Part shown: positions 1 through 9,386 of the stretch, one piece after another
Layout: the number at the start of each line of letters is the position of its first letter
Position numbering within the stretch: position 1 is the first letter of the stretch
DNA from: a virus
Lineage: Duplodnaviria; Caudoviricetes
Direction: 5' to 3' (one strand)
IMG/VR virus record: IMGVR_UViG_3300032240_001498
Location: 136,605 to 200,604 of that record
Length of the DNA: 64,000 nucleotides
The notes under the pieces: generated by a model
Told to the model about the DNA's origin: nothing
What the model saw: the letters and a program-made list of their open reading frames with translations, nothing else
Databases searched by the model: none
Made by a program: the position numbers and the translations under genes

Positions 1-236
1 AGGCTAGATGTAGAATTAACTGTATGAACTATGCTGTGCCTAGTTGGGCACAAGACGGTGTAAGCAACTATGCCGTAACCGCAGTTGATCAAAACGGCGT
101 TAAAAATGCAGTAAATGTACTAACCGGTGTTACTGTTAGAACAACAAGTCCTGTGGTGTATCCTGTATGCTCGCAAGAAATTAGAGAATATATTGTTGCC
201 GGCCAGCAGTGGGTCTTTAGCTCTATTATTAGTTAA
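1..236 (+). CDS. C-terminal part of a gene truncated by the window edge, probably virion structural
   Basis: The frame is open from the window start through the tracked 70 aa ORF to the stop at 236, and it lies directly upstream of the tail fibre genes. Confidence 0.55.
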   Translation, partial: ARCRINCMNYAVPSWAQDGVSNYAVTAVDQNGVKNAVNVLTGVTVRTTSPVVYPVCSQEIREYIVAGQQWVFSSIIS

Positions 237-249
237 TTAGGAAAAACAA

Positions 250-2358
250 ATGGCATACGAAATAAGAAAATCAAACAATACATTAGTTACAAATCTTCCT
301 GATTACGAAATAGATAATACTACCCTATCGATTAACCTGATAGGAAGAAATGCGTCTAACTTCGGCGATGCGCAAAATGAAAATTTTGTCCGCATGCTAG
401 AGAATTTTGCAAATCATGTACCACCAGTAAATGCCTTAGCAGGACAGATTTGGTTTGATACAGCAGTAAATGTACTTCGTCCTATTGTTTATGATGGCGC
501 CGCATGGCGCCCTATTGCTACAATCTTAGTTGCCCCGACCAGCGCAGTCACCGACGAGCAAGGCAATTTAATCACAGCCCAAGAACCGGGTGATCTGTGG
601 TTTAAATCGGATGATTCTCAACTTTATATTAATACTGGAACAGGCTTTAGTCTAATTGGCCCACAGGCTGTTCCTGGCTTTGGCACAACTAGATTTGTTT
701 CAACAGCGATGACGTCTATTTCGCAGATAAAGCATCCTACTATTCAAATGCAGGTAGACGGAGAAGTTATTGGGGTTATCAGTAGTGATTCATTCCAACC
801 TAATGCCGCAGGCTTAGCACTAGGGTTTCCTCAGATATACCGTGGCCTGACATTAAAAAATTACAGTCCCGGAACAAGACAATCGTCAACAACTACTGAT
901 GTATTGTTCCACGGAATAGTTGAACAGTTAGACAATTCATATACTCGTAGAGAGCAAGACGAGTTGATTACCGGCAATTGGTCTATAGCAGACATGAAAA
1001 TGTTCCAGTTTGGATCAGCCGGTAATGCCAAGATAAGTTTCCTTTCAGTGGGAGGCGGCTTTCCTGATAACCTAACTATTGATCATCCTACTGGTATTAT
1101 CACAATTAAGGCAAACGGAAGTTCGTTATTATATTCAGGTGATACGTTATCTCCTAACGCAAACGATGTACAGGATCTTGGTAGCTCTGGAAAAAGATTT
1201 GATAGTGTTTATGCCAAAACATTAAATTCTGGAGCGCCGACAACATCTGCTAATATTAATGGACAATGGGCTCTTACTACAAACAGTAAAATTCTTCCAC
1301 ATGGAGATTCTGGAAACGATTTAGGTACTGCCGCATTACGTTTTAGCAACGTATATACCTTTGGTATAAATTCAGGAGCAGACTTAGGAGCATTTAAAGG
1401 AAATTGGCAATTAGACACAGGATCTCAATTCAGTCCTAAGACTGACTTAGGTAACGATTTAGGACAGTCTATTAAACGATTTGGAACTGTATATGCAAGT
1501 GGATTAAGCGCGGCAACTGACGCTGACCGGTTAGTCATTACTGGCGATATCAATACCAACGGTAGCATCAAGCCTGTTGCTGACCAACAGTATAATATAG
1601 GTGATCCTACTGCCAAGTGGAACACTATGTATGCTTATGATACACGGTCTGATTCTGCCACAATCGGTGCCTTAAATGCAACAATTTTACAATTACAAGA
1701 CAGTTTTCAGAACAGTATTACACGTTTTGACCGTGATGCACAATTAACAGCAGACTCAGACACCCGTGTTCCTACACAAAAAGCCGTTAAGGCCTATGTT
1801 GATTCCGCAGGAGTCAATTCCGGAACACAGATCGGGCAAATTGCGCAACAATTACAAGATGCTATAAATGCCCTACAATTACAGGTTAACAATTTACAAA
1901 CAGTTCCAACAGGAACAGTATTTTGGTCTGCTAAATCAGTAGCCCCAGCTGGTTACTTAATTTGTGATGGCGCCGCATATCTAGCAACAGCCTATCCAAA
2001 ATTATTCCAGGCAATTGGATATACCTATGGCGGTAGTGGCGGCACATTCCTTGTTCCGGATCTCAGAGGTCAATTTATCCGAGGTTCAGACTTAGGCCGT
2101 GGCGTTGATGCAGGGCGTGTATTTGGTTCAACGCAGGAAAGTAGTTTTGCTTCTCATAGTCACGGAATGCCAGGTGACGATCAATTAGCATTTGCTAATG
2201 GAGTTGCCGGGTGGACTGCTAGAAGTCGCGGTGGATTTGGCTACGATGCTAGATCGGTATCGGGTGGTGGCGCTGCCGTTTGGTCAACCACTGACGAGGG
2301 CGGTGCAGACACTCGCCCAACTAACGTAGCTATGCTACCAATCATTTACTATAGATAA
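250..2358 (+). CDS. Tail fibre / short tail fibre with C-terminal phage tail collar domain
   Basis: The C-terminus reads VPTGTVFWSAKSVAPAGYLICDGAAYLATAYPKLFQAIGYTYGGSGGTFLVPDLRGQFIRG, a collar-domain signature. It has internal PxxDxxxDLG..RF..VY repeats and an N-terminus paralogous to the next gene. Confidence 0.85.
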   Translation: MAYEIRKSNNTLVTNLPDYEIDNTTLSINLIGRNASNFGDAQNENFVRMLENFANHVPPVNALAGQIWFDTAVNVLRPIVYDGAAWRPIATILVAPTSAVTDEQGNLITAQEPGDLWFKSDDSQLYINTGTGFSLIGPQAVPGFGTTRFVSTAMTSISQIKHPTIQMQVDGEVIGVISSDSFQPNAAGLALGFPQIYRGLTLKNYSPGTRQSSTTTDVLFHGIVEQLDNSYTRREQDELITGNWSIADMKMFQFGSAGNAKISFLSVGGGFPDNLTIDHPTGIITIKANGSSLLYSGDTLSPNANDVQDLGSSGKRFDSVYAKTLNSGAPTTSANINGQWALTTNSKILPHGDSGNDLGTAALRFSNVYTFGINSGADLGAFKGNWQLDTGSQFSPKTDLGNDLGQSIKRFGTVYASGLSAATDADRLVITGDINTNGSIKPVADQQYNIGDPTAKWNTMYAYDTRSDSATIGALNATILQLQDSFQNSITRFDRDAQLTADSDTRVPTQKAVKAYVDSAGVNSGTQIGQIAQQLQDAINALQLQVNNLQTVPTGTVFWSAKSVAPAGYLICDGAAYLATAYPKLFQAIGYTYGGSGGTFLVPDLRGQFIRGSDLGRGVDAGRVFGSTQESSFASHSHGMPGDDQLAFANGVAGWTARSRGGFGYDARSVSGGGAAVWSTTDEGGADTRPTNVAMLPIIYYR

Positions 2359-2362
2359 AATT

Positions 2363-4318
2363 ATGTCATACGTACTCAAAAAAACTAACGGAACAACATT
2401 GGTTACCATTCAAGATGGTAGCATAGATTCAGCCACCGACCTTGTATTTGTAGGCAAGAACTATGCAGGGTACGGTCAAACAATAAACGAAAATTTTTTA
2501 AAGTTATTAGAAAATTTTGCAAATACAAAACAGCCAGCTGATCCTTTAAACGGACAAGTGTGGTACGACTCAGCAAATTTAAAATTAAGATTTTATGATT
2601 CTGTCAATGCTCGATTTAAGAGCCTTACTGTAACCGATGTTGCAAGTAATAAACCCAGCGATTTAAAAGCAGGAGATCAGTGGTTTGATACAGTAGATCA
2701 AAAATTATACGTTTACAATGGTATGGATTTTGTGATGATCGGTCCAGAGAAATCTATTACGGCCTTACAAAGTGCTATTGGTCCTAGTATAGTTGCTGAT
2801 AATCTCAATAACAACTATACGGTATTAGGTGCAAGTGTTGGTACAGGCGGAGGTTCAACCGTTGCTGTATTTTCACCAAATGCATTTACACCAAATACAA
2901 ATAGTTTATTAGCAAGTGATCAAAAGTTTGCTAACGTTGCTCGAGGTATTACATTACCTGGTACAAGAGTTGCAAATGGTTCAAAAGATCCAACAGTTAT
3001 TGGTGCATTGCCAGATAGAGCAAACAAATGGATATTCTTTGGTGCCGCTGGATCAAGTTGGGGATTATTAGAAAATGATGCTCTAGGTAACATTATATTT
3101 TATGATTCAAAGAATTATATTCGCAGAGATGAATTTGCCAGTTTTAGCGGAAGTTTAACAGTTAACAGTGACTTTGGTATCCTTGCAGGAACCAACAGAG
3201 TCATTCAGATGCACGTAACAAACAACACAATTGGTAATTTATCTAACATTAATTACACCACATTGAAGTTTAACGTTAATCCTGGGACAGGCCTTACAAA
3301 CGTAATTACTCTTGACGGAACAAGCGGATTAAAAGTTTTACCAAGCTCTGTATCAAATGTTGATTTAGGAACATCTGGGGATGGCGGAAGTTTTGTTAAT
3401 GGATATATCAAGAATTTATATGCGTCTTCATTAACTACTTCTACGAGTGGTGTAATACGAGGTAATTGGGTATTAGCCGCCGGATCTCAAATTTCAGGTG
3501 GAACAATTACAGGTAGCTCAAGCGCATTAGCAACCAGCTCTACTTATTTAGAAAGCTATGTAAGGGATGCACAAACATTTGTACATACTGATATTACAGA
3601 TGTTCCATTTAGCATTACACAGCGGAATAGTGCAGGCGCGATACAGGTTACAGGCATATCTGTTGCATCAACAGGCACTTCCAAAATTACCGGTGCTTGG
3701 ATACTAGATACTGCATCTACTCTACAAGCAACTACAATTTTAGGTGCAGGTACTACTGGTTATGTAACTCCGAGTCAAGGTGTTGCAAATAATTCTATTG
3801 CTCAAAGAGATGGTACTGGCGGATTATCAGCCACTGCTATTACTACTCCGTGGATATATGCAGGCTCTGGCAATAGCGCAAATGGAAAAATTAGTGGAAC
3901 ATGGACGCTTGATGGAACCAGTACATTAGAAGCTACCTATTCAGACCTTGCAGAAAAATATCATGCAGACGGACCCTATGAAGAAGGTACTGTATTAGTG
4001 GTTGGGGGAAGTTACGAAGTTACAACTACTACTAAGAGAGCTGATCCTAGCATCGCTGGAATAGTTTCAACCAAGCCGGCATTTAAAATGAATCAAGCGG
4101 CTGGTCCAGAAAGCACACATCCATACATTGCACTCAAAGGCCGTGTTCCATGCAAAGTAAACGGAACAATACGCAAAGGTGATAGATTAGTTTCTAGTTC
4201 ATTAAGCGGACATGCAGAAGCATGGAAGCCTGGGGATGATCCAAACGCTGTACTAGGTATAGCCCTAGAAGATCATATAGTAATAGATGGTACAGGAATA
4301 ATAGAAGTTAAGGTCTAA
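2363..4318 (+). CDS. Tail/baseplate fibre protein with C-terminal intramolecular-chaperone (Peptidase_G2/IMC-like) domain
   Basis: The N-terminus LVFVGKNYAGYGQTINENFLKLLENFAN matches the previous gene. The body is G/S/T-rich. The C-terminus contains YSDLAEKY...IALKGRVPCKV..I.KGD.LV. Confidence 0.75.
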   Translation: MSYVLKKTNGTTLVTIQDGSIDSATDLVFVGKNYAGYGQTINENFLKLLENFANTKQPADPLNGQVWYDSANLKLRFYDSVNARFKSLTVTDVASNKPSDLKAGDQWFDTVDQKLYVYNGMDFVMIGPEKSITALQSAIGPSIVADNLNNNYTVLGASVGTGGGSTVAVFSPNAFTPNTNSLLASDQKFANVARGITLPGTRVANGSKDPTVIGALPDRANKWIFFGAAGSSWGLLENDALGNIIFYDSKNYIRRDEFASFSGSLTVNSDFGILAGTNRVIQMHVTNNTIGNLSNINYTTLKFNVNPGTGLTNVITLDGTSGLKVLPSSVSNVDLGTSGDGGSFVNGYIKNLYASSLTTSTSGVIRGNWVLAAGSQISGGTITGSSSALATSSTYLESYVRDAQTFVHTDITDVPFSITQRNSAGAIQVTGISVASTGTSKITGAWILDTASTLQATTILGAGTTGYVTPSQGVANNSIAQRDGTGGLSATAITTPWIYAGSGNSANGKISGTWTLDGTSTLEATYSDLAEKYHADGPYEEGTVLVVGGSYEVTTTTKRADPSIAGIVSTKPAFKMNQAAGPESTHPYIALKGRVPCKVNGTIRKGDRLVSSSLSGHAEAWKPGDDPNAVLGIALEDHIVIDGTGIIEVKV

Positions 4319-4320
4319 AA

Positions 4321-4344
4321 AAAAGCTACCCTAGGGTAGCTTTT
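4321..4344. terminator. Bidirectional intrinsic terminator
   Basis: A perfect 24 bp palindrome, AAAAGCTACCCTAGGGTAGCTTTT, lies between convergent stop codons and gives a U-tract on both strands. Confidence 0.85.
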
Positions 4345-4345
4345 C

Positions 4346-4909
4346 TTATGCTTCAACAGTTTCTGCCTTGGCTTTTTTCTTTGGCGGATCTAACTCATCT
4401 GCTGTCTTACGTAGTTTGGCCGCTTCTTTATATAAAGCATCGGCACGTGAACGCATTTCTGCAGGGGTCATCTCAGTTGTTGAAATTTCCTTTTCAGCTT
4501 TTGGTTCTGTGTTAGTTGCTGGCTTACCATCTTCGGTAGTTGCTAAGTCGTTAACTGACACACCTTTTTGCTGTGCAATGAGCTTATTCAACTCATCCAA
4601 AGGGATCTCATCGTTTCTTGTTGGTGTAACGATTACACCGTCTGTGGGAACCTTTTTAAGATGTCCGTTGGTATGCAAATGTGCTAACATATTGTTACCG
4701 TCCGGAAACTTTTTAACAGCCAAGATTTCCGAAACTTCATTTGCCTGCTGGGCTAAGTCACTCTCGACAACACTCATTAGAGCGTCATGGTATGCATCTC
4801 CAAGCGCATTAGTGCCAATGACTAGGGCACTATTTGCATCTCCGGGGATGGTGCGATATGCAATCACAACCCTTGCCCCGTTATTTTTCATTTTACCAAC
4901 GTGTTTCAT
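4346..4909 (-). CDS. Hypothetical protein (187 aa)
   Basis: It has an ATG start with an upstream GGAG and lies in the minus-strand gene series. Confidence 0.8.
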   Translation of the reverse strand: MKHVGKMKNNGARVVIAYRTIPGDANSALVIGTNALGDAYHDALMSVVESDLAQQANEVSEILAVKKFPDGNNMLAHLHTNGHLKKVPTDGVIVTPTRNDEIPLDELNKLIAQQKGVSVNDLATTEDGKPATNTEPKAEKEISTTEMTPAEMRSRADALYKEAAKLRKTADELDPPKKKAKAETVEA

Positions 4910-4921
4910 CGAAGGCTCCTA

Positions 4922-5203
4922 TTATTGAGCGGCCGGTGCTGGTTGCTGTACGCCGTCGGCTACTCCTGGTGATGGAGGAAGCGATTGTGGGTAAACTGCT
5001 TCCAAGAATTTGTTTAGCTTGTTAAACACAGCGCCAACAGCTTCCATTTCAGCGGCACGGAATGCGCCACGTTGAGCGGCTACGTCAATAACTGAACGTA
5101 GGTTTGTTAGGTCTGCAATTGATAGTTCTGGGGTTGCCGCAGGGGCTTCTTGTCCACCTACTGGTGCACCTTGTTGAACTTGACCTTGATCTAAATCTGC
5201 CAT
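4922..5203 (-). CDS. Hypothetical protein (93 aa)
   Basis: It has an AGGAG RBS and a helical core flanked by Q/P/A-rich tails. Confidence 0.75.
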   Translation of the reverse strand: MADLDQGQVQQGAPVGGQEAPAATPELSIADLTNLRSVIDVAAQRGAFRAAEMEAVGAVFNKLNKFLEAVYPQSLPPSPGVADGVQQPAPAAQ

Positions 5204-5215
5204 TTGTATCTCCTA

Positions 5216-5491
5216 TTATAATTGGTTTAAGTATGGGCATGCCAGACTAAACATAGTTAGTTCAGACGCATCTTCGAAGCCTATTTCTTGAGTTTCGATC
5301 ATGCGGTTATCTTCACTAATTTTGAGTGTCCGTTTTATAGCATATCTACTGTTTAAGTTACTGTAAACCCAACTACTTATTTTGTCAGAATCAGCTTTTA
5401 TACTCATTCTGACAAAGTGCTTAGGGAAGTGATTTAGTCTTCTTTGTCCTAATACATTCAGCGGATTAACTGTACCTTTTGCAAGTGACAT
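5216..5491 (-). CDS. Hypothetical protein (91 aa)
   Basis: The ORF tiles with its neighbours and follows a TATAAATA motif at 5505-5512. Confidence 0.7.
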   Translation of the reverse strand: MSLAKGTVNPLNVLGQRRLNHFPKHFVRMSIKADSDKISSWVYSNLNSRYAIKRTLKISEDNRMIETQEIGFEDASELTMFSLACPYLNQL

Positions 5492-5503
5492 AATATACCA
5501 CTT

Positions 5504-6763
5504 TTATTTATAGTAGGCATGAGAGCCAAAGGGTGGAATTATGGTTTCGTTTCCGTGGATAATAAACAGGCTATCACAATAGTGTTCATCACCCCAGCTA
5601 CCGCAAGGATAACCGTCTGTAAACATAATGAACTTTTTAGGCTCAATTCCTTCTTCTTTCATAAAGTTAAAGTTAACGTCAAAGTCTGTACCGCCGCCAC
5701 CTTTTACTTCATAGTCCATAATTTCGTCTGCGGTATCGCCAGTGAATTTAGCATAGTTGTAGACTTCGGTATCAAAGCACCAAATGTCAAGTTTGAAGTC
5801 TTTGTATTCTTCCATAATACCTTTAACTTCACTCATAAAGTCTTTGGCTTGAACATCTGAAATAGATCCGCTCATGTCAATGGCAATACTTACGTCAATA
5901 GTTTCTTCGTTCATAAGTCCGGGCAAAACTGCACCGCTATGTTGACTTTTACGATTAGGACGACTGAAGCTGAAATTGCTTTTAACAATACTTTGGATCT
6001 GCATACGCAACAGTTGTCGCCAGTCCATCTTTGGCTCAGTAAAGTCTTTGATCAAACGTGCAACACCTGCTGGAACACGACCGGCTCCTGCTGACTGTGC
6101 CGCGGCAACCATTGCTTCTTTGATCTCGTCACGGATCTGTTTCTTTTCTTCGGCAGTAAGTTTAGGACGGCCCTTGCCTTTACCTTCTTTGTCTCCATCT
6201 TCATCGCCACCACCTTCGCCTTCACCTTCTTCGTCAAGGTGCTCGTCGAGCAGTTCTCCTAATTTAGAGATGTCAATCTTTTCTGCCTTTTCATAAATGT
6301 CATCGTAAATTTCTTCATATGACATACCGCGGTATTTGCTGTCTTGGAAAATCTTAATCCAATCAGGCACTTCGCCGATGCGTTCATCTTTAAGAATTTG
6401 ATTGACTGCAAAGTCTGCCGCAATGTTTGACAGTTGAGGATCGCGACCGTTACGGCGACCCATATGGTCAAACACATTATGTAGAACTTCGTGAGCAAAC
6501 CCAAACTCTGCTTGTTTAGGAGTAAGTTTATCTACAAAGCCGACATTGTAGTAAAATCTGCGGCCGTCAGTTGCAAGGGTAGAGCACCAGTCACTTGCAT
6601 CAATTAGTTGCAGACGAGTTGCCATGTTACCAAAAAATGGATGGCGAAGTAGCAAGCCTACACGGGCTGTAATCAATTTGTCAATTACTTTATTTTTTTC
6701 GGATTCTGTATAGACGCGAGTTTTGTCAACTTTGGTCTTTTCTTGTTTCATTACTTGGGACAT
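5504..6763 (-). CDS. Metallopeptidase-like (HExxH) plus vWA domain protein (DUF2201-type), MoxR partner
   Basis: It contains AHEVLH (HExxH), an acidic G/E/D linker, the MIDAS motif DMSGS, and GGGGTDF. Confidence 0.85.
   Translation of the reverse strand: MSQVMKQEKTKVDKTRVYTESEKNKVIDKLITARVGLLLRHPFFGNMATRLQLIDASDWCSTLATDGRRFYYNVGFVDKLTPKQAEFGFAHEVLHNVFDHMGRRNGRDPQLSNIAADFAVNQILKDERIGEVPDWIKIFQDSKYRGMSYEEIYDDIYEKAEKIDISKLGELLDEHLDEEGEGEGGGDEDGDKEGKGKGRPKLTAEEKKQIRDEIKEAMVAAAQSAGAGRVPAGVARLIKDFTEPKMDWRQLLRMQIQSIVKSNFSFSRPNRKSQHSGAVLPGLMNEETIDVSIAIDMSGSISDVQAKDFMSEVKGIMEEYKDFKLDIWCFDTEVYNYAKFTGDTADEIMDYEVKGGGGTDFDVNFNFMKEEGIEPKKFIMFTDGYPCGSWGDEHYCDSLFIIHGNETIIPPFGSHAYYK
5505..5512 (-). promoter_or_regulatory. 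T4-type late promoter TATAAATA
   Basis: It is an exact match to the T4 late consensus and overlaps the stop of the vWA gene. Confidence 0.5.
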
Positions 6764-6793
6764 GTTAACTCCGTTTCTTTAGTGTATGTATAT

Positions 6794-6822
6794 ATTATAT
6801 ACTTTCTTTTTGGTTTTGTCAA
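6794..6822 (-). promoter_or_regulatory. Sigma70-type promoter for the vWA gene
   Basis: TTGACA (6822-6817), 17 nt spacer, TATAAT (6799-6794): a perfect consensus. Confidence 0.85.
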
Positions 6823-7019
6823 CCTCTAATAAGGCCAAAAATACTGTTTTGGAGATCTGCGACTTCGTCGTTAGGCACATAAAAGTCCGTTCTAGGATCC
6901 CAATATTCTCCTGCCTTTGTGTCATAATAAAGGACACGGCCGTTTGGATAATGGAAAGGACCTTCTAGGCCTTTTCGAGCGGTGTATTCTTTATTATGCT
7001 GAAAGACGGTGTAAGACAT
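6819..7019 (-). CDS. Hypothetical protein (66 aa)
   Basis: The aromatic-rich ORF is coupled to the upstream small ORF by a TGATG overlap. Confidence 0.7.
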   Translation of the reverse strand: MSYTVFQHNKEYTARKGLEGPFHYPNGRVLYYDTKAGEYWDPRTDFYVPNDEVADLQNSIFGLIRG

Positions 7020-7195
7020 CAGTAGTTTTCCTTAATAATGTAGTAGTGTGTTGTTGGGTACTTTTCCAAAAGCTCTTGTTCTTTAATCCATTTGTTCATA
7101 TCTGGCGCAGTAAAAAACAATTTACTGGTAAGTCCCTGAACTGATTTATTAGTTCCTTTTTCTACTACTGTTAGATACCAAGATTTTACGGCCAT
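7019..7195 (-). CDS. Small hypothetical protein (58 aa), not in the supplied ORF track
   Basis: I translated it by hand as MAVKSWYLTVVEKGTNKSVQGLTSKLFFTAPDMNKWIKEQELLEKYPTTHYYIIKENY. It has an AAGGA RBS and its TGA overlaps the next ATG. Confidence 0.7.
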   Translation of the reverse strand: MAVKSWYLTVVEKGTNKSVQGLTSKLFFTAPDMNKWIKEQELLEKYPTTHYYIIKENY

Positions 7196-7218
7196 TTTAT
7201 TTTTCCTTTATTTAAAAT

Positions 7219-7239
7219 GAAAAAGGCCCCGAAGGGCCT
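7219..7239 (-). terminator. Intrinsic terminator with UUCG tetraloop
   Basis: The minus strand reads AGGCCC-TTCG-GGGCCT-TTTT immediately after the MoxR stop. Confidence 0.85.
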
Positions 7240-7243
7240 AATT

Positions 7244-8329
7244 TTAATTCTCCATTGCTGTGATAATGTACTTGCCGTACTTGTCATGGAAACGATCAAA
7301 GTTATTCATCTTTGATGCATCAAACGGCAATTGATAGTTAGTCAACGCAACCTTGGAACCCATAACAACCAGCTCAGTTGGGAAATTATCCATCATAAAG
7401 CCAAAGAAGTTGTCTGCCATTTTATTCCAGTCTTTAACCTTCTTTTCATGTGCAGTTTGAAGTTCGTAGCACAGGCTAATTACCAAAGAATACATCGCTG
7501 AAATTTCTTTGATATCGCACTTGGTAACAGATCCATCTAAGATAGATTCTGGCTTAGGCATTTGCTTGGCGACCTTGCGGTGAGCCATAAACTTGACAGC
7601 AAGTCCATCACCTACCGCACCTGCGATGAGGTCAGTGAGCGTAGATTCAGGCAAGTCATCGTCGCCAAGCAAATCTGATACGAAGCTCCAAGAGCGTGGA
7701 GTAGCAAAACTACGTGCTGAACTCTTTGGATCAAAGTCGTACAAGTCGTTTTTAGCAAAACCAATGTAACCAACAACCTGTTCGTTAATCTTGTTGGTAA
7801 CTGCCCATTCTTGCCAGTCATCAAAACTAACCTTCAATTCCAAGTGCAAGAAACGGTTTGCCAACGGAGCAGGCATGCGATATGTAACGCCCTTGTCAGT
7901 TTCACGGTTACCTGCGGCAACAATGCTAACACCTTTTGGCAAGTAATAAGTACCTACACGGCGGTTTAGAATAAGTTGATATGCCGCGGCCTGTGTAGCA
8001 GGAGCCGCTGAGTTAAGCTCGTCCAAGAATAGGACTGCTGTAGATTCTGGATCGCTAGGCAACTCAATCGGAGGAGCCCATTCCATGGAATTTGATTTGC
8101 TGTTGTAAAACGGAATACCTTTAATATCTGTAGGTTCCCACAAGCTCAAACGAACGTCAATTACTTCACGCCCTGTCTCACCAGCAATCTGGTGAACAAT
8201 ATCTGACTTGCCAATTCCGGGAGGACCCCACATGAAAACTGGACGATTTACTTTGAAGCACTTGCGGATAGCCGCTTTAGCTTCATTGGGACTTTGTGTA
8301 CGGTTAGTACTGATCTCACCTTTTGCCAT
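7244..8329 (-). CDS. MoxR-family AAA+ ATPase
   Basis: Walker A is GPPGIGKS and Walker B is LFLDELN. It also has AAGNR (sensor 1) and the arginine finger in PLANRF. Confidence 0.85.
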   Translation of the reverse strand: MAKGEISTNRTQSPNEAKAAIRKCFKVNRPVFMWGPPGIGKSDIVHQIAGETGREVIDVRLSLWEPTDIKGIPFYNSKSNSMEWAPPIELPSDPESTAVLFLDELNSAAPATQAAAYQLILNRRVGTYYLPKGVSIVAAGNRETDKGVTYRMPAPLANRFLHLELKVSFDDWQEWAVTNKINEQVVGYIGFAKNDLYDFDPKSSARSFATPRSWSFVSDLLGDDDLPESTLTDLIAGAVGDGLAVKFMAHRKVAKQMPKPESILDGSVTKCDIKEISAMYSLVISLCYELQTAHEKKVKDWNKMADNFFGFMMDNFPTELVVMGSKVALTNYQLPFDASKMNNFDRFHDKYGKYIITAMEN

Positions 8330-8383
8330 TTGTGTAACCTTTCAAAATAAAAACAAATGTAATTTACTACGCTCTAAGTATAT

Positions 8384-8412
8384 ATTATACGGCATCTTAG
8401 CGGAGAAGTCAA
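8384..8412 (-). promoter_or_regulatory. Sigma70-type promoter for moxR
   Basis: TTGACT (8412-8407), 17 nt spacer, TATAAT (8389-8384). Confidence 0.8.
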
Positions 8413-8443
8413 GACCTTTTGGATAAACCAATCCGTTGTATTT

Positions 8444-8833
8444 TTACAACAGATGTTTTGCTTCGTTTGAGCTCCATCCGAATTTATGGACATCGCCGGA
8501 GAAAAGGATTAGTTGGAAGGCAGTTTTTTCTTTGAACACAATGATAGCATCTTTGTCCAAAAAATATGGACAGTCGATAAATCGATCCATCCAAATTATT
8601 GTTTGCGAAGTTACTTGAAATTCTTCGTCTTTTGGAAATTCAATGCGATAGTCTTTGTAGCCCAACACATCTCGAAGATATTTGTATCCGTCAAACGTTA
8701 GTCCCCAACCGCCCACTTTTTTATTACGTAGACTTTTCCATACACTTTTGTGGAATTGGTCAAAACTAACATTCTCTGATCTTTCGCCTAGCTCTTCGTA
8801 GAGTTTTTTGCTGAGATCTTTTTTGGTAATCAT
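8444..8833 (-). CDS. Hypothetical protein (129 aa)
   Basis: It shares an ATGA overlap with the upstream gene. Confidence 0.75.
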   Translation of the reverse strand: MITKKDLSKKLYEELGERSENVSFDQFHKSVWKSLRNKKVGGWGLTFDGYKYLRDVLGYKDYRIEFPKDEEFQVTSQTIIWMDRFIDCPYFLDKDAIIVFKEKTAFQLILFSGDVHKFGWSSNEAKHLL

Positions 8834-9117
8834 TCTTTGATAAGTTCACCAGTGGTCAATTTGTAAACACCAAAGTCGCTACAGTTGAAAAGTTTGTTTA
8901 ATTTTTCTGCGAGATTATGGGCATGACCTGAATTTGAGAAGGATACTTTTTTGTATTTTGGACCAAGTTGTTGTGCTACTAGACTTGTGGTTTTTAAATT
9001 AACCGGTTGTGCTTTATAAAACACCGCCCATATGGCATCAGCTTCAAGTACTTGTTCTGTCTTGTAGTTTTTCTTATTTGTTATTTCTAACAATACTTTA
9101 GGTTTAGGGCGTGACAT
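8830..9117 (-). CDS. Hypothetical protein (likely start MSRPKPK at 9117)
   Basis: GGAG lies just upstream of ATG 9117, and TAAATA is at 9143-9148. Confidence 0.7.
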   Translation of the reverse strand: MSRPKPKVLLEITNKKNYKTEQVLEADAIWAVFYKAQPVNLKTTSLVAQQLGPKYKKVSFSNSGHAHNLAEKLNKLFNCSDFGVYKLTTGELIKE

Positions 9118-9158
9118 AAGTGCATCTCCAAATATACGCACTTATTTATTATATACAG

Positions 9159-9386
9159 CTAGAAATTGCCGCCATCCATTTGTACTTGTGTATCTGGCTG
9201 ATCCTGCATTGCGGCCTGCAGAATAGTGTCTAGTTCACCGCTAATACGTGTCATCACTACCGCTAGACTATTGGCCAACTCCGTGGCTTCTAAAATGTCT
9301 AAAGTGACAATTTTCTGACCTGATTTAGCCGCAATTCTCGCCTTATCTAAGTAGTTTTCGATAGGAATTGTGTTTAATTGTCTCAT
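9159..9386 (-). CDS. Hypothetical protein (75 aa)
   Basis: It has an ATGA overlap with the upstream gene. Confidence 0.7.
   Translation of the reverse strand: MRQLNTIPIENYLDKARIAAKSGQKIVTLDILEATELANSLAVVMTRISGELDTILQAAMQDQPDTQVQMDGGNF

Noticed and set aside
250-4318. A diversity-generating retroelement or invertible tail-fibre switch.
   Set aside because: No reverse transcriptase, invertase or near-identical template/variable repeat pair was seen. The paralogy is at the protein level only.
4368-4928. A 186 aa plus-strand ORF, and similar antisense ORFs such as 39402-39971, 5519-5860 and 36750-37097.
   Set aside because: They are shadows of well-supported minus-strand genes, with no RBS or motifs and with S/L/P-biased antisense composition.
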